Assembly: GCA_041694815.1 (NCBI GenBank)
Contig: JBGFSC010000009.1
Location: 1-62,080 of the forward strand
Length of the DNA: 62,080 nt
Reading direction: 5' to 3'
DNA from: Elusimicrobiota bacterium
Lineage (GTDB): Bacteria > Elusimicrobiota > Elusimicrobia > UBA1565 > JACRDR01
Below the pieces are notes generated by a model. It worked only from the letters and a program-made list of their open reading frames with translations. It did no database searches and was not told the origin of the DNA. A program made the position numbers and the translations under genes. Shown here in pieces: positions 20,773-32,216 of this stretch (positions within the stretch are counted from its first letter, which is position 1; each line of letters starts with the position of its first letter).

Positions 20773-22803
20773 GTGTCCCTCATCGAGCTCGATCAAATCC
20801 GAAGATCCTATCCCATGGGCGACTCGGAGCTCGAGGTGCTCAAGGGCATCGACCTGCGCATCGAGGAGGGGGAGTTCGTCGCCATCATGGGGCCCTCCGG
20901 CTCGGGCAAGTCGACCCTGATGCAGATCCTCGGGCTGCTGGACCGGCCCAGCTCCGGAGCCTACCGCCTGATGGGTCGCGACGTCTCGCGCCTCTCCGAC
21001 GACGAGGGGGCGGCGCTGCGCTCGCGCACCATCGGCTTCGTGTTCCAAATGTTTAATCTTCTGGCCCGCACCAGCGCGGCCGACAACGTCGCCCTGCCGA
21101 TGATCTACGCCGGCGCCGAGGGCCGGCCCGAGCGAGCGCGGGAAATGCTCCGCCGCGTCGGGCTCGAGGACCGCCTCGACCACAAGCCCAACCAGCTCTC
21201 GGGCGGCCAACAGCAGCGCGTGGCGATCGCCCGAGCCTTGGTCAACGGCCCCCGCGTGCTCTTCGCCGACGAGCCTACGGGAAACCTGGCCTCGGCCCAG
21301 GCCGAGGAAGTCCTGCGCCAGCTCCGCGAGCTGCACCAAAGCGGCCTCACCTTGATCCTCGTGACGCACGAGCCCGACATCGCCGCCTACGCGGAGCGGA
21401 TCGTGCGCATCAAGGACGGAAGCATCGTCTCCGATGAGCGCAAGGGTCGAGTCGCGGCCGCCGTTCTTACGGTGCCAGGGATTGACTTTCACCTAGGCGA
21501 AAGTCAATCCCTGGCACCGTCGTTACAGCGCCCAGGCGAAAGTCAATCCCTGGTACCATCCGGCCCGCTTTCGGGAGTCGCGGGCGCGGCGGGGTTGCGC
21601 GAGAATGTCGCGGCCGCGCTCCGCGCGATGGCGGCCAACAAGCTGCGCAGCGCCCTCTCGATGCTCGGCATACTCATCGGGGTGGCGGCGGTCATCGCGA
21701 TGCTAGCCGTGGGCCGGGGTGCGCAGAAGGCCATCGAGGCGCGCATCTCCAGTCTCGGCTCCAACCTGGTGATGCTATTCCCGGGCGGCCGTTCGGTGGG
21801 CGGGGTGCACATGGCGGCCGGGGGGTTCAGCCGTTTGACGCTCGAGGACATGGCGGCCATCGCCAAGGCCGACCCTAAGATCCTGCGAGTCGATGGCAAC
21901 GTTGACGACAATGTCCAGGCGGTCTACGAGGACCAGAACGTGAACACGCAGCTCACCGGCGCCACGGAGCGCTACGCGCCGATGCGGGCCTCGCAGCCCT
22001 ACTACGGTCGCTTCTTCACCGCGGAGGAAAACGAGCGGCAGGAGCGCGTGGCGGTTCTGGGGCAGACCGTGATCAATGCTCTGTTCGGCAAGGAGAATCC
22101 CGTCGGCAAGTCCATTAAGATCAACCGGGTCAATTTCGAGGTGATCGGCGTGCTTCCCATGAAGGGAGCCAGCGCCTGGCGGGACCAGGATGATAAGATC
22201 GTAGTACCGCTTAAGACCGCTATGAAGCGCGTCTTGGGCCGGAAATACCTGGGCAGCATCAGCATCGAATGCGACGCGCCGGAGAACATCCCCGCGGTGA
22301 TGCAGAGCGTCGAGCGGCTCATGCGCCACCGCCATCATCTGCCGGCCTATAAGGAAAACGATTTCGAGATACGGAACTTGGCCGATATCCAGGCCGCGCT
22401 TTCAGGAACGACGCAAACCTTTACGCTGCTCTTGGGCATCGTCGCGGCCATATCGCTCGTCGTGGGCGGGATCGGGATCATGAATATCATGCTCGTCTCG
22501 GTCAGCGAGCGGACCCGCGAGATCGGCCTGCGCAAGGCCGTCGGGGCACCTCGCCGAGCGATCCTGGCTCAATTCCTCATCGAGTCGGCTGTGCTCTCGA
22601 CCGTCGGCGGGCTTATCGGCATCGCCCTGGGCATCGGCGTCTCGCTGATTTTGTCGAAATTCGCGGGTTGGGCCGCCTTCGTGACCCCGCAGGCGGTGAT
22701 GATGGCCTTCGCCTTCTCCGCCGGGGTGGGGCTGCTTTTCGGGTACTGGCCCGCGCGGAAGGCGTCGCTCCTGTCGCCCATCGAAGCCCTCCGGTACGAA
22801 TAA
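20773..22803 (+). CDS. macB: MacB-type fused ABC ATPase/permease
   Basis: [43 protein letters not shown] and PIEALRYE motifs. Confidence 0.92.
   Translation: MSLIELDQIRRSYPMGDSELEVLKGIDLRIEEGEFVAIMGPSGSGKSTLMQILGLLDRPSSGAYRLMGRDVSRLSDDEGAALRSRTIGFVFQMFNLLARTSAADNVALPMIYAGAEGRPERAREMLRRVGLEDRLDHKPNQLSGGQQQRVAIARALVNGPRVLFADEPTGNLASAQAEEVLRQLRELHQSGLTLILVTHEPDIAAYAERIVRIKDGSIVSDERKGRVAAAVLTVPGIDFHLGESQSLAPSLQRPGESQSLVPSGPLSGVAGAAGLRENVAAALRAMAANKLRSALSMLGILIGVAAVIAMLAVGRGAQKAIEARISSLGSNLVMLFPGGRSVGGVHMAAGGFSRLTLEDMAAIAKADPKILRVDGNVDDNVQAVYEDQNVNTQLTGATERYAPMRASQPYYGRFFTAEENERQERVAVLGQTVINALFGKENPVGKSIKINRVNFEVIGVLPMKGASAWRDQDDKIVVPLKTAMKRVLGRKYLGSISIECDAPENIPAVMQSVERLMRHRHHLPAYKENDFEIRNLADIQAALSGTTQTFTLLLGIVAAISLVVGGIGIMNIMLVSVSERTREIGLRKAVGAPRRAILAQFLIESAVLSTVGGLIGIALGIGVSLILSKFAGWAAFVTPQAVMMAFAFSAGVGLLFGYWPARKASLLSPIEALRYE
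21469..21559. repeat. Palindromic REP-like element in frame within macB
   Basis: 22-bp perfect IR (21469..21490 / 21499..21520) plus a further arm copy at 21534..21559. Confidence 0.8.
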
Positions 22804-22807
22804 GCCT

Positions 22808-23896
22808 TTAAAAAAACCGCTGGCTCAAAGGAAGAGTCGCGGCCTCCTTGGAAGTCAGAAGCCTGGTCATGCCTATTATGTGGCAGAGCTCATCCTCGCC
22901 CAGGTCCGGATTAACCGGCTGGCTCTCGATTATCCACGAATTGCGGGTCCGGAAGCTGTACCGGCCGGCGCCGTCCTGGCGCAAGCCCACGACGAGCACG
23001 GAGTGATTGAGCGTGTTTCCCACGGCGTCGCTCGGCCTATGCGTGGCATGCTTCCAGGCAGGCATCCCCAACAACGCCAAGGACACCTCCACGGGGCGCC
23101 CGGCCTTTAATTCGGCGATCAGTTTTTTACGCCGGTCCCGGCTTATCTCGCCGCATTCCTTGGGTGAGATATGGAGATAACGTTCGGGGGGTAACCGGTC
23201 AAAATATAGGTGCGCGACTTCAAAGCCAGCCAATGCGTCCCGCACCCTGCGCCGGATCTCCGAGGCGAAAGGCACCGACTCCCATATTATCTTTTGCAAT
23301 TTCTTGAGCGCGGGGGTAGGGGATTGCTTGATCTTGAGACCGCGTGAATGGAGATGCGATAGAGAGGCCTCAATGGGTTTTTTAAGGTCTTCAATGTAGT
23401 CTTGAGCGAACTGCTCATAAGAAACTCCTCCGGCATTAGCAGGTAGAATGCCAAAGTTTAGAATGAACTGTAGATTTTCTGCAGGCCACGCACCCTCGCC
23501 GAGCATGCATTTATCCGTGCCAGCGTAGGTCTTGCAGACAGATGCTTCCGAATAGATGGCTCCGGTGCCGACTCGAGATTGGGCGAATAAATCGGCCTCC
23601 GAAAACGCGATATGGCTGCCATAGCGGCGATAATACGCGGCTTCGAGCAGGCCGACCGTCGCGAAGACGTGGCAGGTGCCGACTTTGCCTTGATCGGGGA
23701 CCTTGCCGGGAGGGAATTGATCCCGCAAATCCACTATATCCCTTATCGTGAAGGCCGGTAGGGCCAGCATGGCTTTCGGCGCCGACAGGGCCCTTGCCTG
23801 CTGAAAACCTTGGGCGAGCGCATCGAAGTCCTGTCCATGGATCGTGATGGAGCAAAACCCTTGAAAAAAAATGAGAAGTATCTTTAGATGTGCCAT
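22808..23896 (-). CDS. Secreted papain-like (C1) cysteine peptidase
   Basis: VDLR, DQGKVGTCH, FSEADL, NHSVLVVG and RNSW motifs. Confidence 0.82.
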   Translation of the reverse strand: MAHLKILLIFFQGFCSITIHGQDFDALAQGFQQARALSAPKAMLALPAFTIRDIVDLRDQFPPGKVPDQGKVGTCHVFATVGLLEAAYYRRYGSHIAFSEADLFAQSRVGTGAIYSEASVCKTYAGTDKCMLGEGAWPAENLQFILNFGILPANAGGVSYEQFAQDYIEDLKKPIEASLSHLHSRGLKIKQSPTPALKKLQKIIWESVPFASEIRRRVRDALAGFEVAHLYFDRLPPERYLHISPKECGEISRDRRKKLIAELKAGRPVEVSLALLGMPAWKHATHRPSDAVGNTLNHSVLVVGLRQDGAGRYSFRTRNSWIIESQPVNPDLGEDELCHIIGMTRLLTSKEAATLPLSQRFF

Positions 23897-23897
23897 G

Positions 23898-24989
23898 CTA
23901 TGGGGTCCTGGAGGCCTCCGCCGGGGTCAAAAAAGTGGTCATATGAAACACCCGGCAAAGATCCTCCTGGCGAAGGTCCGGGCTGAAGGCTCGGCCGTTA
24001 CGGAACCATGAATTGCGCGTCTTAAAGATGAATCGTCCTGCGGAGTCCTGCTGGAATCCCACCACGACAACGGAATGAGCAAGCGTCGATCCAACGGGAT
24101 CGTTCGGACGGTGTTTGGCTGTTCCCCAAAAGGCGATGCCTAGGGTGTGGACTGACGCCTCCACCGGAATACCCGTTCTTAATAACGCGAGCAATTGGTC
24201 TCGTTGCGCCATTCCTCGATTCGTGCATTCCCCCGAGGATATCTTCAAAAGGGTATCGTGTTTCAAACTTTCGAAGGCTCGGTGTCGCACAGAGAATCCC
24301 TGCAATGCTTCCCGAACCATTGCTCTAATTTCGGAAGCATAAGGGGCTGCTTGAAGGAGTTCTTCTGCCGTATCCGTCATTGGCTGTCGGGTCTTAGAAA
24401 GTTGAACCCCGCAGGTGCTGAGTCGTAATATGCTTTCACGAAACGGTATTTGGAATTTCTTGATGTAGTTCTTGGCGAATTCCTCATAGGATGTGCAACC
24501 TGCCGTATCGGGCAATACGCCTTCTCTCATGATAAAGAGCAGGTCTTGATAAGCCCAACCGGTCTCACCGAGGGCGCATTTGGTTTCGCCCCCATAGGTT
24601 TTGTAAATAACGGCATCGTTGAGCACGTGGGCGCCGGCCAACTTCGTTCGAGCAAATAGATCCGCCTCGGAGAAGGCGACATGTTGCCCGGAGTGACGGT
24701 AATAGGCTGCCTCCAGCAAGGCGATCGCGGTAAAATCGTGACAGGACGCGATGCTTCCTTGGTTAGGCGTCTTCTTTGGAGGAAATTGCCAGCTTAAATC
24801 CGCCCCCTTTGTTAGCGAGCCGGCCGGCAAGGCCAGCATGGCTTTCGGCGCCGACAGGGCCCTTGCCTGCTGAAAACCTTGGGCGAGCGCATCGAAGTCC
24901 TGTCCATGGACCGCGACGGAATAAAGCCCCGGAAAAATGCCGAGAATCAGTTCGAAAAGTCTTTTTCGATGCCGCATAGCTTCGTCCAA
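23898..24989 (-). CDS. Secreted papain-like (C1) cysteine peptidase, tandem paralog
   Basis: NQGSIASCH, FSEADL, AHSVVVVG and RNSW motifs. Confidence 0.82.
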   Translation of the reverse strand: MDEAMRHRKRLFELILGIFPGLYSVAVHGQDFDALAQGFQQARALSAPKAMLALPAGSLTKGADLSWQFPPKKTPNQGSIASCHDFTAIALLEAAYYRHSGQHVAFSEADLFARTKLAGAHVLNDAVIYKTYGGETKCALGETGWAYQDLLFIMREGVLPDTAGCTSYEEFAKNYIKKFQIPFRESILRLSTCGVQLSKTRQPMTDTAEELLQAAPYASEIRAMVREALQGFSVRHRAFESLKHDTLLKISSGECTNRGMAQRDQLLALLRTGIPVEASVHTLGIAFWGTAKHRPNDPVGSTLAHSVVVVGFQQDSAGRFIFKTRNSWFRNGRAFSPDLRQEDLCRVFHMTTFLTPAEASRTP

Positions 24990-25260
24990 TAGTTTAACGC
25001 AGGGCCGTCGGGCGCAAAAGGAAAGTTTGGTTCAAGAAAACTATTTCTTTAAAATAAGGATAATTTTGTGCCGAACTCCTATTTTGAGTTCTGCTTGATT
25101 TATGGAGACGCAGTAGAAAACGGCGATCTGTCTATTAAAAAGAGTTTATTTTTTAAACCTTTTCTTTTGATTTCCTTCAGCGCTGAACGTGATCGCTAAT
25201 TATGCTGTAAAAATATGCACTGTGTAAAAGCTCGCGTACGAAACGCCGCTACCTTCAGCT

Positions 25261-25365
25261 GCGCCTCGGGCGCGTGGCTTGGCGCACTACACGTGCCAAG
25301 CTCGGGATATGTCGCGATAAGACTCGAACTTCGCCGCCCTTCGCGCGGCGAGGCACGCGCCCAAG
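25261..25365. repeat. Inverted pair of the dispersed structured repeat
   Basis: Two copies diverge from a shared TCGCGA (25312..25317); similar to 37631..37705, 37860..37932 and 16341..16381. Confidence 0.6.
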
Positions 25366-25501
25366 ATGGGATATCCAACAATGCCTAGGCTCGTCATCGC
25401 CAGCATATTGACGAAAGAGCCCCGCCGCTACCGGGGAGGCGCTTGGGATTGACAGAATTTGGAACGAGGGTTACACTCCCCACGTTCTCAAAGGGGGCTC
25501 G

Positions 25502-26164
25502 ATGAAAAATAGGACGGTAGTTTTGGCTATTGCGTCGATTTTTTGCTGGAACGCGTCTCTATCGGCCGAACACGGCGCTTGGCAGGCCTGCGAAGAAGAT
25601 AGGGAGCGGCTTTGCAAGGATGTCGAGCCCGGAGGCGGGCGCATCATCGAATGCATGCTCAAAAACGAGGCCTCCTTGTCGGAGGGCTGCCGGGAGCATA
25701 TGGCCCAAAAGAAGAAACATTTCAACGCCGCCCAGAAAATGCACGACGCCTGCGGCGGCGATGTCGAGCGCTTCTGCAAGAATGTCGAGCCCGGAGGCGG
25801 CCGGCTCATGGAATGCCTCAAGGAGCACAAGGACGAGCTATCCCCAGCCTGCCGCGAGATGAAGTTTAGGGCCAAGGCGTACATGAAGGAGCACAAGAAG
25901 GAGCGCATGGCCGCCGTGGAGGACGCCTGCCGGGGCGACGTCAATGAGTTCTGCAAGGACGTGGAGCCGGGCGATGGGCGCATCATGCATTGCCTCAAGG
26001 ATCACAAAAGCGAGCTTTCGGAGGGCTGCCGCAACGCCTTCCATCATAAGCATAAGGGCCATGGGAAACACGGCAAGCATAAGGGCGGATATCATGAGGG
26101 CGACAAACATCGCCACCACGACGACAAGCACCACCATCACGACAAGCATCATCACGACGATTAG
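25502..26164 (+). CDS. Secreted cysteine-rich repeat protein with His-rich tail
   Basis: Three C..D..(R/E).CK.VEPG.GR...CL......LS..C repeats; His/Lys/Asp-rich C-terminus. Confidence 0.85.
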   Translation: MKNRTVVLAIASIFCWNASLSAEHGAWQACEEDRERLCKDVEPGGGRIIECMLKNEASLSEGCREHMAQKKKHFNAAQKMHDACGGDVERFCKNVEPGGGRLMECLKEHKDELSPACREMKFRAKAYMKEHKKERMAAVEDACRGDVNEFCKDVEPGDGRIMHCLKDHKSELSEGCRNAFHHKHKGHGKHGKHKGGYHEGDKHRHHDDKHHHHDKHHHDD

Positions 26165-26167
26165 CCC

Positions 26168-26437
26168 CTATCGGGTCAGATAGTCGCAATAGGCGAGCAG
26201 GGCCAGCACGCCCAGCCACACGAACCCGGCCGAGGCGAATACCGCCAGCAAGCCACGTTCGTAGCGCAGATGCATGAAGTAAAGCGCCACCAGGATCGCC
26301 TTGAAGGCGGCGATCGAGAACGCCGCCGCCGCGCCGAAGGGACCCAGGTCGACGGCGCTTAGGGCCATCGTGACCCCCAATAGGGCCATGAGCGCGGCGT
26401 ACACCGCCGCATAGACGCGCGGCCCCGGCCCCTTCAA
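26168..26437 (-). CDS. Cytochrome c oxidase subunit IV
   Basis: KAILVALYFMHL motif; TTG start overlapping the subunit III stop. Confidence 0.85.
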   Translation of the reverse strand: MKGPGPRVYAAVYAALMALLGVTMALSAVDLGPFGAAAAFSIAAFKAILVALYFMHLRYERGLLAVFASAGFVWLGVLALLAYCDYLTR

Positions 26438-27057
26438 GGTGCCCTCCCCATCAGATAGAGCATCGGGTAAAGGAAGATCCACACCATATCGACCAGATGC
26501 CAGTAGAGCCCCGTGTTCTCGACCGCTGCCACCGAGCGCGGGTCCAAGCGCGCTCGGAAGGCGGACAGCCAAAGCCACGCGAGCGCGGCCAGCCCGGCGC
26601 TCACATGCGCGGCGTGAAGGCCCGTCAGGGCGTAATAAAAGTTGAAGAAAAGCCTGGCCGGCGCGGGCCCCTGCCAGGTAAACCGCCCCGGGAATAATCC
26701 GTGCTCGTACTCCGTGCGGTATTCGATCGCTTTGACGCCGAGAAACGCGGCTCCGAGCAGCATCGTCGCGGCGAGGTAGGCGAGCAAAGAACGGCGCCGG
26801 CCGGCCGCGGCCGAATGCACGGCCATGGCCATGGTCCAGCTGCTCGACAAGAGCACGGCCGTGTTTGCTCCGGCGAGAAGGTGCTCCAACCGGCGGGCGG
26901 CCTCGCGGAAGGCGTCGGCGTGCAGATGATAGTTGAGGGCGTAGGCGACGAACAAGGCCCCGAAGAGCAGCACCTCGGTGGCCAGGAAGGTCCACATGCC
27001 GAGCGCGGCGGCCTGCCGGCGCTCGAGGGCGTCCTCGAAGATCGCTTCCTCAGGCAT
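26434..27057 (-). CDS. coxC: Cytochrome c oxidase subunit III
   Basis: [17 protein letters not shown] and GLYWHLVD motifs. Confidence 0.92.
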   Translation of the reverse strand: MPEEAIFEDALERRQAAALGMWTFLATEVLLFGALFVAYALNYHLHADAFREAARRLEHLLAGANTAVLLSSSWTMAMAVHSAAAGRRRSLLAYLAATMLLGAAFLGVKAIEYRTEYEHGLFPGRFTWQGPAPARLFFNFYYALTGLHAAHVSAGLAALAWLWLSAFRARLDPRSVAAVENTGLYWHLVDMVWIFLYPMLYLMGRAP

Positions 27058-28660
27058 CGCGCAGCTCCCCGTCCGGGCCGTAGGCGTAGGCGCCGTGCCG
27101 GACCACGGGCGTCGCGTCGAAGTTATGGACGGGAGGCGGGCAAGGCGTCTTCCATTCGAGGCCGGAGGCCAGCCACGGGTTGCCTTCCGCCCTGGGCCCG
27201 TAGCGCAGCGACCACAGCAGATAGGCCAGGGGAAGCAGGTAGCCGACGCCGAGTATCGAGGCCCCCGCGGTGGAGAACACGTTGAAGACCTGGAATTCGG
27301 GCGGGTAGACATGATAGCGGCGCGGCATGCCCAGATAGCCGAGCAAAAATTGCGGGAAAAAGGTGAGGTTGAAGCCGATAAAGATGATGAGCGCGGAAAG
27401 CCTGCCCCACCATTCCGAGTACAGCCGGCCACTGATCTTGGGCCACCAGAAATGCACGCCCCCGAGGTATCCCATCACTGCTCCGCCGACCATGATGTAA
27501 TGGAAATGGGCGATGACGAAATACGTATCGTGCATGTGCACGTCGAGCCCCAGGGTCGCCAACATCACTCCCGTCAGGCCTCCCAAGGTGAACAGCCCGA
27601 TGAAGCCGAGCGCGTAGAGCATGGGGGTCGAGAGCCGTATGCGCCCCTTGTGCAGGGTGGCCGTCCAGTTGAACACCTTGATCGCCGAGGGCACGGCCAC
27701 CAGGAAGCTCAGGAAGGAGAAGACCATGCCGGCGTACATCGACTGGCCCGAGACGAACATGTGATGCCCCCAGACCAAGAAGCCGATGAGGGCGATGGCG
27801 AGGCTCGCGAAGGCGATGAAGGAATAGCCGAAGATGCGCCGCCGCGAGAAGCAGGTGATCGTCTCGCTGACGACGCCCATCGCCGGCAGGATCATGATGT
27901 AGACGGCGGGGTGTGAGTAGAACCAGAACAGGTGCTGGAAGAGCAGGGGGTCTCCCCCCAGGCGGGGGTCGAAGATGCCGATGCCAAGGCCGCGCTCCAG
28001 CGCGACGAGCACCAGCACCGTCGCGAGCACGGGGGTACCCAGCACCATGATGAGGCTGGTCGCGTAGATGGCCCATAAGAACAGCGGCATGCGGAACCAA
28101 TGCATCCCCGGCGCGCGCAGGGTATGGATCGTCACGATGAAATTGAGCCCGGTCAAGATCGAGGAGAAGCCCGCCACGAAGACCCCGAGCGCGGTCAGCA
28201 TCACGTTGGAGTTGGAATATAGGCTGCTGAAGGGGGTGTAGAACGTCCATCCCGTGTCGACCCCTCCGAAGAGCAGGGCCACCAGGCAAAGCGAGCCGCC
28301 CAGCATGAAGATATACCAGCTCGCGAGGTTGAGCTTCGGGAAGGCCAGGTCCGGAGCGCCGATCATGAGCGGAACCAGGAAATTGCCCAACACGGCGGGA
28401 ATGGCGGGGATGAGGAAGAAGAACACCATGATCACGCCGTGGATCGTAAAGAGCCGGTTGTAGGTCTCGGCGACCACGAGGTCGGCCTGGGGGCTTAGAA
28501 GTTCCAGGCGCAGCAGTACGGCCGCGGCGCCGCCGACGAAGAAAAAGAAGGTGATCGACACCATATACAGCAGGGCGATGCGCTTATGATCGAGCGTCAG
28601 AAGCCACGACCGCGCGGTGTAGGCGGCGTTCAAGTAGCTGGTCGCCGTGGGTTCAGCCAT
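27050..28660 (-). CDS. coxA: Cytochrome c oxidase subunit I (A2 type)
   Basis: [20 protein letters not shown] (YS motif), WGHHM, AHFHY and MPRRY motifs. Confidence 0.95.
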   Translation of the reverse strand: MAEPTATSYLNAAYTARSWLLTLDHKRIALLYMVSITFFFFVGGAAAVLLRLELLSPQADLVVAETYNRLFTIHGVIMVFFFLIPAIPAVLGNFLVPLMIGAPDLAFPKLNLASWYIFMLGGSLCLVALLFGGVDTGWTFYTPFSSLYSNSNVMLTALGVFVAGFSSILTGLNFIVTIHTLRAPGMHWFRMPLFLWAIYATSLIMVLGTPVLATVLVLVALERGLGIGIFDPRLGGDPLLFQHLFWFYSHPAVYIMILPAMGVVSETITCFSRRRIFGYSFIAFASLAIALIGFLVWGHHMFVSGQSMYAGMVFSFLSFLVAVPSAIKVFNWTATLHKGRIRLSTPMLYALGFIGLFTLGGLTGVMLATLGLDVHMHDTYFVIAHFHYIMVGGAVMGYLGGVHFWWPKISGRLYSEWWGRLSALIIFIGFNLTFFPQFLLGYLGMPRRYHVYPPEFQVFNVFSTAGASILGVGYLLPLAYLLWSLRYGPRAEGNPWLASGLEWKTPCPPPVHNFDATPVVRHGAYAYGPDGELRDA

Positions 28661-29603
28661 GCCGGGCGCCTCGCTGCAAGGAACGGATATAGGCGATGAG
28701 CTGCAGGATCTCTTCCTCGTCAAGCCGGCCCGCGTAGGCGGGCATGATCGGCGCGAACCCGGCGACGAGCTTCCATCCCGGCGTCAGGATGGACTTGCGC
28801 AGGTACTCCTCGTCGGCGAGAACGCTGCGGCCGTCGGCGAGGAGCACGCGGCGGCCGTAGAGCCCCTCGAGCGTCGGCGCCCGTCCGTCCGAAGCGCGAT
28901 GGCAGACCGCGCAGCCCATCTTCTCGAAGAGCGCCGCCCCGGCCGCCTGCGGCGAGACGGGCGGCTGCTGCGCCGCGCCGAAGCCGGAGAGCCAGCGCTG
29001 GTACTCGGCGGGGTCGAGCGCGACGACGCGCCCGACCATGCGCGCGTGCGAGGTCCCGCAGTATTCGGCGCAGAAGAGGTGGTAGCTTCCGCCCCGGGTC
29101 GCCGTAAACCACAGCTCGCTGTAGCGCCCCGGCAGTACGTCCTGCTTGACGCGGAAGGCCGGCACGAAGAAGCTGTGGATGACGTCCTGGGAGATCATGC
29201 GCAGCCGTACGGGCCAGCCGATCGGCACATGCAGCTCGTTGATCTCCCTGCGGCCGTTCGGATGCTGCACCTTCCACATCCACTGCCTGCCAACGACATG
29301 GATTTCCAGCGCCTCGGCGGGGGAGCGGCGAAGGGCAAAAAAGAGCTTCGCGCCTAGAAAGAAGAGAAGCATCACCAGCGCGAGCGGAACGGCCGTCCAG
29401 AGAAGCTCGAGTCCCAGGCTCTCCTCGACCGCGTTGGAGCGGTCTACCTCGCGCCGGTACTCGTAGCGCACGGCGAGGCTCAGCAAGAGCCCGGCGATCA
29501 GCAGGGAAAAAAAGAGGGCGATGCCCAGGCTCAAGGCATAGAGCCAGTCCGTCTGCGCCGCCATGCTGGAGGCTTGGGGAGGGAAAAACGGGACGCTATC
29601 CAT
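28653..29603 (-). CDS. coxB: Cytochrome c oxidase subunit II with fused cytochrome c (caa3)
   Basis: [16 protein letters not shown] CuA site and C-terminal CAVCH. Confidence 0.93.
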   Translation of the reverse strand: MDSVPFFPPQASSMAAQTDWLYALSLGIALFFSLLIAGLLLSLAVRYEYRREVDRSNAVEESLGLELLWTAVPLALVMLLFFLGAKLFFALRRSPAEALEIHVVGRQWMWKVQHPNGRREINELHVPIGWPVRLRMISQDVIHSFFVPAFRVKQDVLPGRYSELWFTATRGGSYHLFCAEYCGTSHARMVGRVVALDPAEYQRWLSGFGAAQQPPVSPQAAGAALFEKMGCAVCHRASDGRAPTLEGLYGRRVLLADGRSVLADEEYLRKSILTPGWKLVAGFAPIMPAYAGRLDEEEILQLIAYIRSLQRGARHG

Positions 29604-30348
29604 GACCGCGCCCTCGCTTGACGGCCAGCAATGCCAGGGCGACGAGCGTCGCCGCGCTGGCGGCGCGCAACAGTCTGAGGATGAGCGGCCCATGCTTGCC
29701 GCTGGCGGGGTTGTAGCGGGAGCAATAGAGCGCGATGCGTTCGGAAGCCGATCCGACGCGGCCTCCCGACGCCTCGACGATTGCCCGCCGGATCTCCCGC
29801 GCCGGGAACTCGACGCCGAAGAAATGGCGCGAGATCTTTCCTTCCGGTGTGAGCAATACGAAGCCCGAGGGATGGGCGTATTGCCGCGTCTGGGGCTCGT
29901 AGGCGTAGCGAAAGCCGACCGCGTTGGTCAAGGCGCGGATGCTGGGGGCCTCTCCTACGAGGAAATGCCACGGAGCGGACGGACGGCCATAGGAATCCAG
30001 CACCGCTAGCCGCTTGCGCGAGGCCGAAGGGGGGTCGTCCTTCGGATCGAAGCTTATCGAGAGCAGCTCGAAGTCCCTGCCGGGAACCAGGGGCAAGTCC
30101 CGAAGGGCTTTCGTAAGGCCCTCGTATACGAAGCCGCAGAGCATGGGGCACTCGTAATAGCTGAGGGTGAGCAGGACGGGCCCTCGGCCGAAATAATCGC
30201 CGAGGCGCACCGGCTTCCCTCCTTCGTCGCGGAAAGGAATGTCTCGGGGCACCCAAGCGCCGCGCCGCTCCTGCCAGCGCACTTCGCGCGGTGCGTCCGC
30301 CTCCGCGCCGGAGCCGATAAGAGCGATGGCCAGGATCAGGGTTTTCAT
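29596..30348 (-). CDS. SCO family copper chaperone
   Basis: YYECPMLC, SISFDP and YAH motifs. Confidence 0.9.
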   Translation of the reverse strand: MKTLILAIALIGSGAEADAPREVRWQERRGAWVPRDIPFRDEGGKPVRLGDYFGRGPVLLTLSYYECPMLCGFVYEGLTKALRDLPLVPGRDFELLSISFDPKDDPPSASRKRLAVLDSYGRPSAPWHFLVGEAPSIRALTNAVGFRYAYEPQTRQYAHPSGFVLLTPEGKISRHFFGVEFPAREIRRAIVEASGGRVGSASERIALYCSRYNPASGKHGPLILRLLRAASAATLVALALLAVKRGRGHG

Positions 30349-30659
30349 CGGGCGGTTAGCTCCATCGCCCGTTCGATCGGGATGCGCACGATCTTGTGTC
30401 GCCGGTCGACCCATGCGTAGCTCGTCAGGATTTCCCTTTCCCGGCGGCGCAGCGCCTCAAGCTCCGCGGCCGGATCGACCTGCAGCCTGGGCTCCGGGGG
30501 AAGCCGCCCGGCCCACCGACCGGCCTGGCGTCCCTGAGTCCGCTCGAGCATCCACGTCAGCGCTCCCGAAAAACCGAATCCCGCCGCAAGAAGGGCGAGC
30601 AGGGCGGCTGCGAGCAGCCATACGAAGCGCCGCTCCACTCCGGGGTCTTCACGCCGCAT
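30345..30659 (-). CDS. Small ACIII-associated membrane protein (ActG-like)
   Basis: PPEPRLQ and Y.WVD....RIPIERAM motifs; operon position. Confidence 0.75.
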   Translation of the reverse strand: MRREDPGVERRFVWLLAAALLALLAAGFGFSGALTWMLERTQGRQAGRWAGRLPPEPRLQVDPAAELEALRRREREILTSYAWVDRRHKIVRIPIERAMELTAR

Positions 30660-31689
30660 GCGCGATTTCCTCCCGGCGGGGGTCGTCGGGAAGCGGCGAG
30701 GCCCTCCGTAGGCAATAGCGGAAACTCAGCAGCCAAAGCGCGCCCATCGCCAGGCACAACGGGTTCCCGGCGGCGGTCCCTGCGCGGGCGGGTTCGAAAG
30801 CGGGTAGGATCTGCCAGCAGAGATAGCCCCATCGTCCCAACAAGATCAACAGGGCGATGGCGGCGAGGCTTCGCGCGCGTCGCTTGATTGAACGCTGTAG
30901 TAGGAGCATGAAGGGAATAAGGAAGTGGAGCACGAACAAAATGGCTGGCGCCAGGCGCCAGGCGCCGTCGAGGCGGCGGAGGTACCAGGCGATCTCCTCC
31001 GGCAGGTTTCCGGCCCAGATGATCAGGTATTGGGAGAACGCCATGTAGGCCCATAGCATCAGAAAGGCCAGCAAGAGGTTCCCGAGGTCCTGCCAAAGAT
31101 CCCACGAACCGCCCGGCATCGCCCGGGCTCCGAACGCGGAGCTCAAGGTCAGGAAGGCCAGAGCCGCCAGGGCATGCCCCGTCAACATCTCCAAACCGTA
31201 GATCGTCGAATACCAGTGCGGCTCCAACGACATCGCCCAATCGATCGAGGCGAAGCTAACAGTCAAGGTCCAGAGCACCAGGCCGAGGGCGCAGAAAAGC
31301 TGTAGGCGGGCGATGGGAACGAGGCGGCCGCGATCCATCTCGAGCGAGCTGCGCCTAAGGAAGAAATAGGCGAGGACCCAAAGCGTGAAATAGCCCAGGG
31401 AACGGATCAAGAAAAAGGGAACATTGAGATAAAGCGCCTTGTTTCCCGCTCCCGGCCCGTGGGAACCAGAGCTCGTCCAGGGATAGAGCTCGTCCAAGCC
31501 AAAGGCCAAGGGCAAGGCAAGAAGAGCCATGAGCAGTATGCCCGCGGATGCCGCCTCCATGCGCCGCTGTAGGGCGAAGCCCCAGCGGCCTCCCACGACG
31601 TGGTGGAGCATCAAGAGTCCCAAGGAGCCCAGGGATATCCCGGTCCAGAACAGCCACGCCGCAAGATAGGCGGAAAGCCAGTAGCTCAT
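30649..31689 (-). CDS. actF: Alternative complex III subunit ActF
   Basis: DWAMSLEPHWYSTIYG, DLGNLL and SQYLIIWAGNLPEE motifs. Confidence 0.88.
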   Translation of the reverse strand: MSYWLSAYLAAWLFWTGISLGSLGLLMLHHVVGGRWGFALQRRMEAASAGILLMALLALPLAFGLDELYPWTSSGSHGPGAGNKALYLNVPFFLIRSLGYFTLWVLAYFFLRRSSLEMDRGRLVPIARLQLFCALGLVLWTLTVSFASIDWAMSLEPHWYSTIYGLEMLTGHALAALAFLTLSSAFGARAMPGGSWDLWQDLGNLLLAFLMLWAYMAFSQYLIIWAGNLPEEIAWYLRRLDGAWRLAPAILFVLHFLIPFMLLLQRSIKRRARSLAAIALLILLGRWGYLCWQILPAFEPARAGTAAGNPLCLAMGALWLLSFRYCLRRASPLPDDPRREEIAHAA

Positions 31690-32216
31690 GGCCGCGCCTC
31701 CAGGCGGCGCCGCTCGTGCGCGGGCACGTCGGCGAGCGAGGCATGCTGGCTGCGCTGCAACGCGCGGATGTAGGCAGCCACGGCCCAGCGCTCTTCGGGA
31801 GAAAGGCGCTCGGCGTATGAAAACATACGCCCATAACCGTTCGTGATGACAAGGAAGAAATGCTCGAGTCCCGCCGCGCGGAGGCGGCCTGAGTGATAGG
31901 AGGCCGGGGCGGGGAAGCCCCGCCGCACGACCATTCCGTCGCCGTGGCCCGAGTAGCCGTGGCAGACGGCGCAATGGATGTCGAAGCGTTCGCGGCCGCG
32001 TTTCAAGAGATCCAGAGTGATCCGCGGCGGCGCGTCGGCGCGCGCGGGGAACGACCCATGCGCGACGGTGCCGCCGGGCAACGGGCGTGCGGAGCGTTTA
32101 TCCGGAAAAAAACCGCTTTCTTGAAGGGGAAGCAGTTTCGCCTGCTGCGCCATCTCGCCGCCGCATCCGCAGGCGAGCGCCAAGAGAAATATCCTAGGCC
32201 GGCACATCCGCCACAT
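31686..32216 (-). CDS. actE: Alternative complex III monoheme cytochrome c lipoprotein ActE
   Basis: Lipobox Cys; CAVCH; RWAVAAYIRALQ. Confidence 0.88.
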   Translation of the reverse strand: MWRMCRPRIFLLALACGCGGEMAQQAKLLPLQESGFFPDKRSARPLPGGTVAHGSFPARADAPPRITLDLLKRGRERFDIHCAVCHGYSGHGDGMVVRRGFPAPASYHSGRLRAAGLEHFFLVITNGYGRMFSYAERLSPEERWAVAAYIRALQRSQHASLADVPAHERRRLEARP

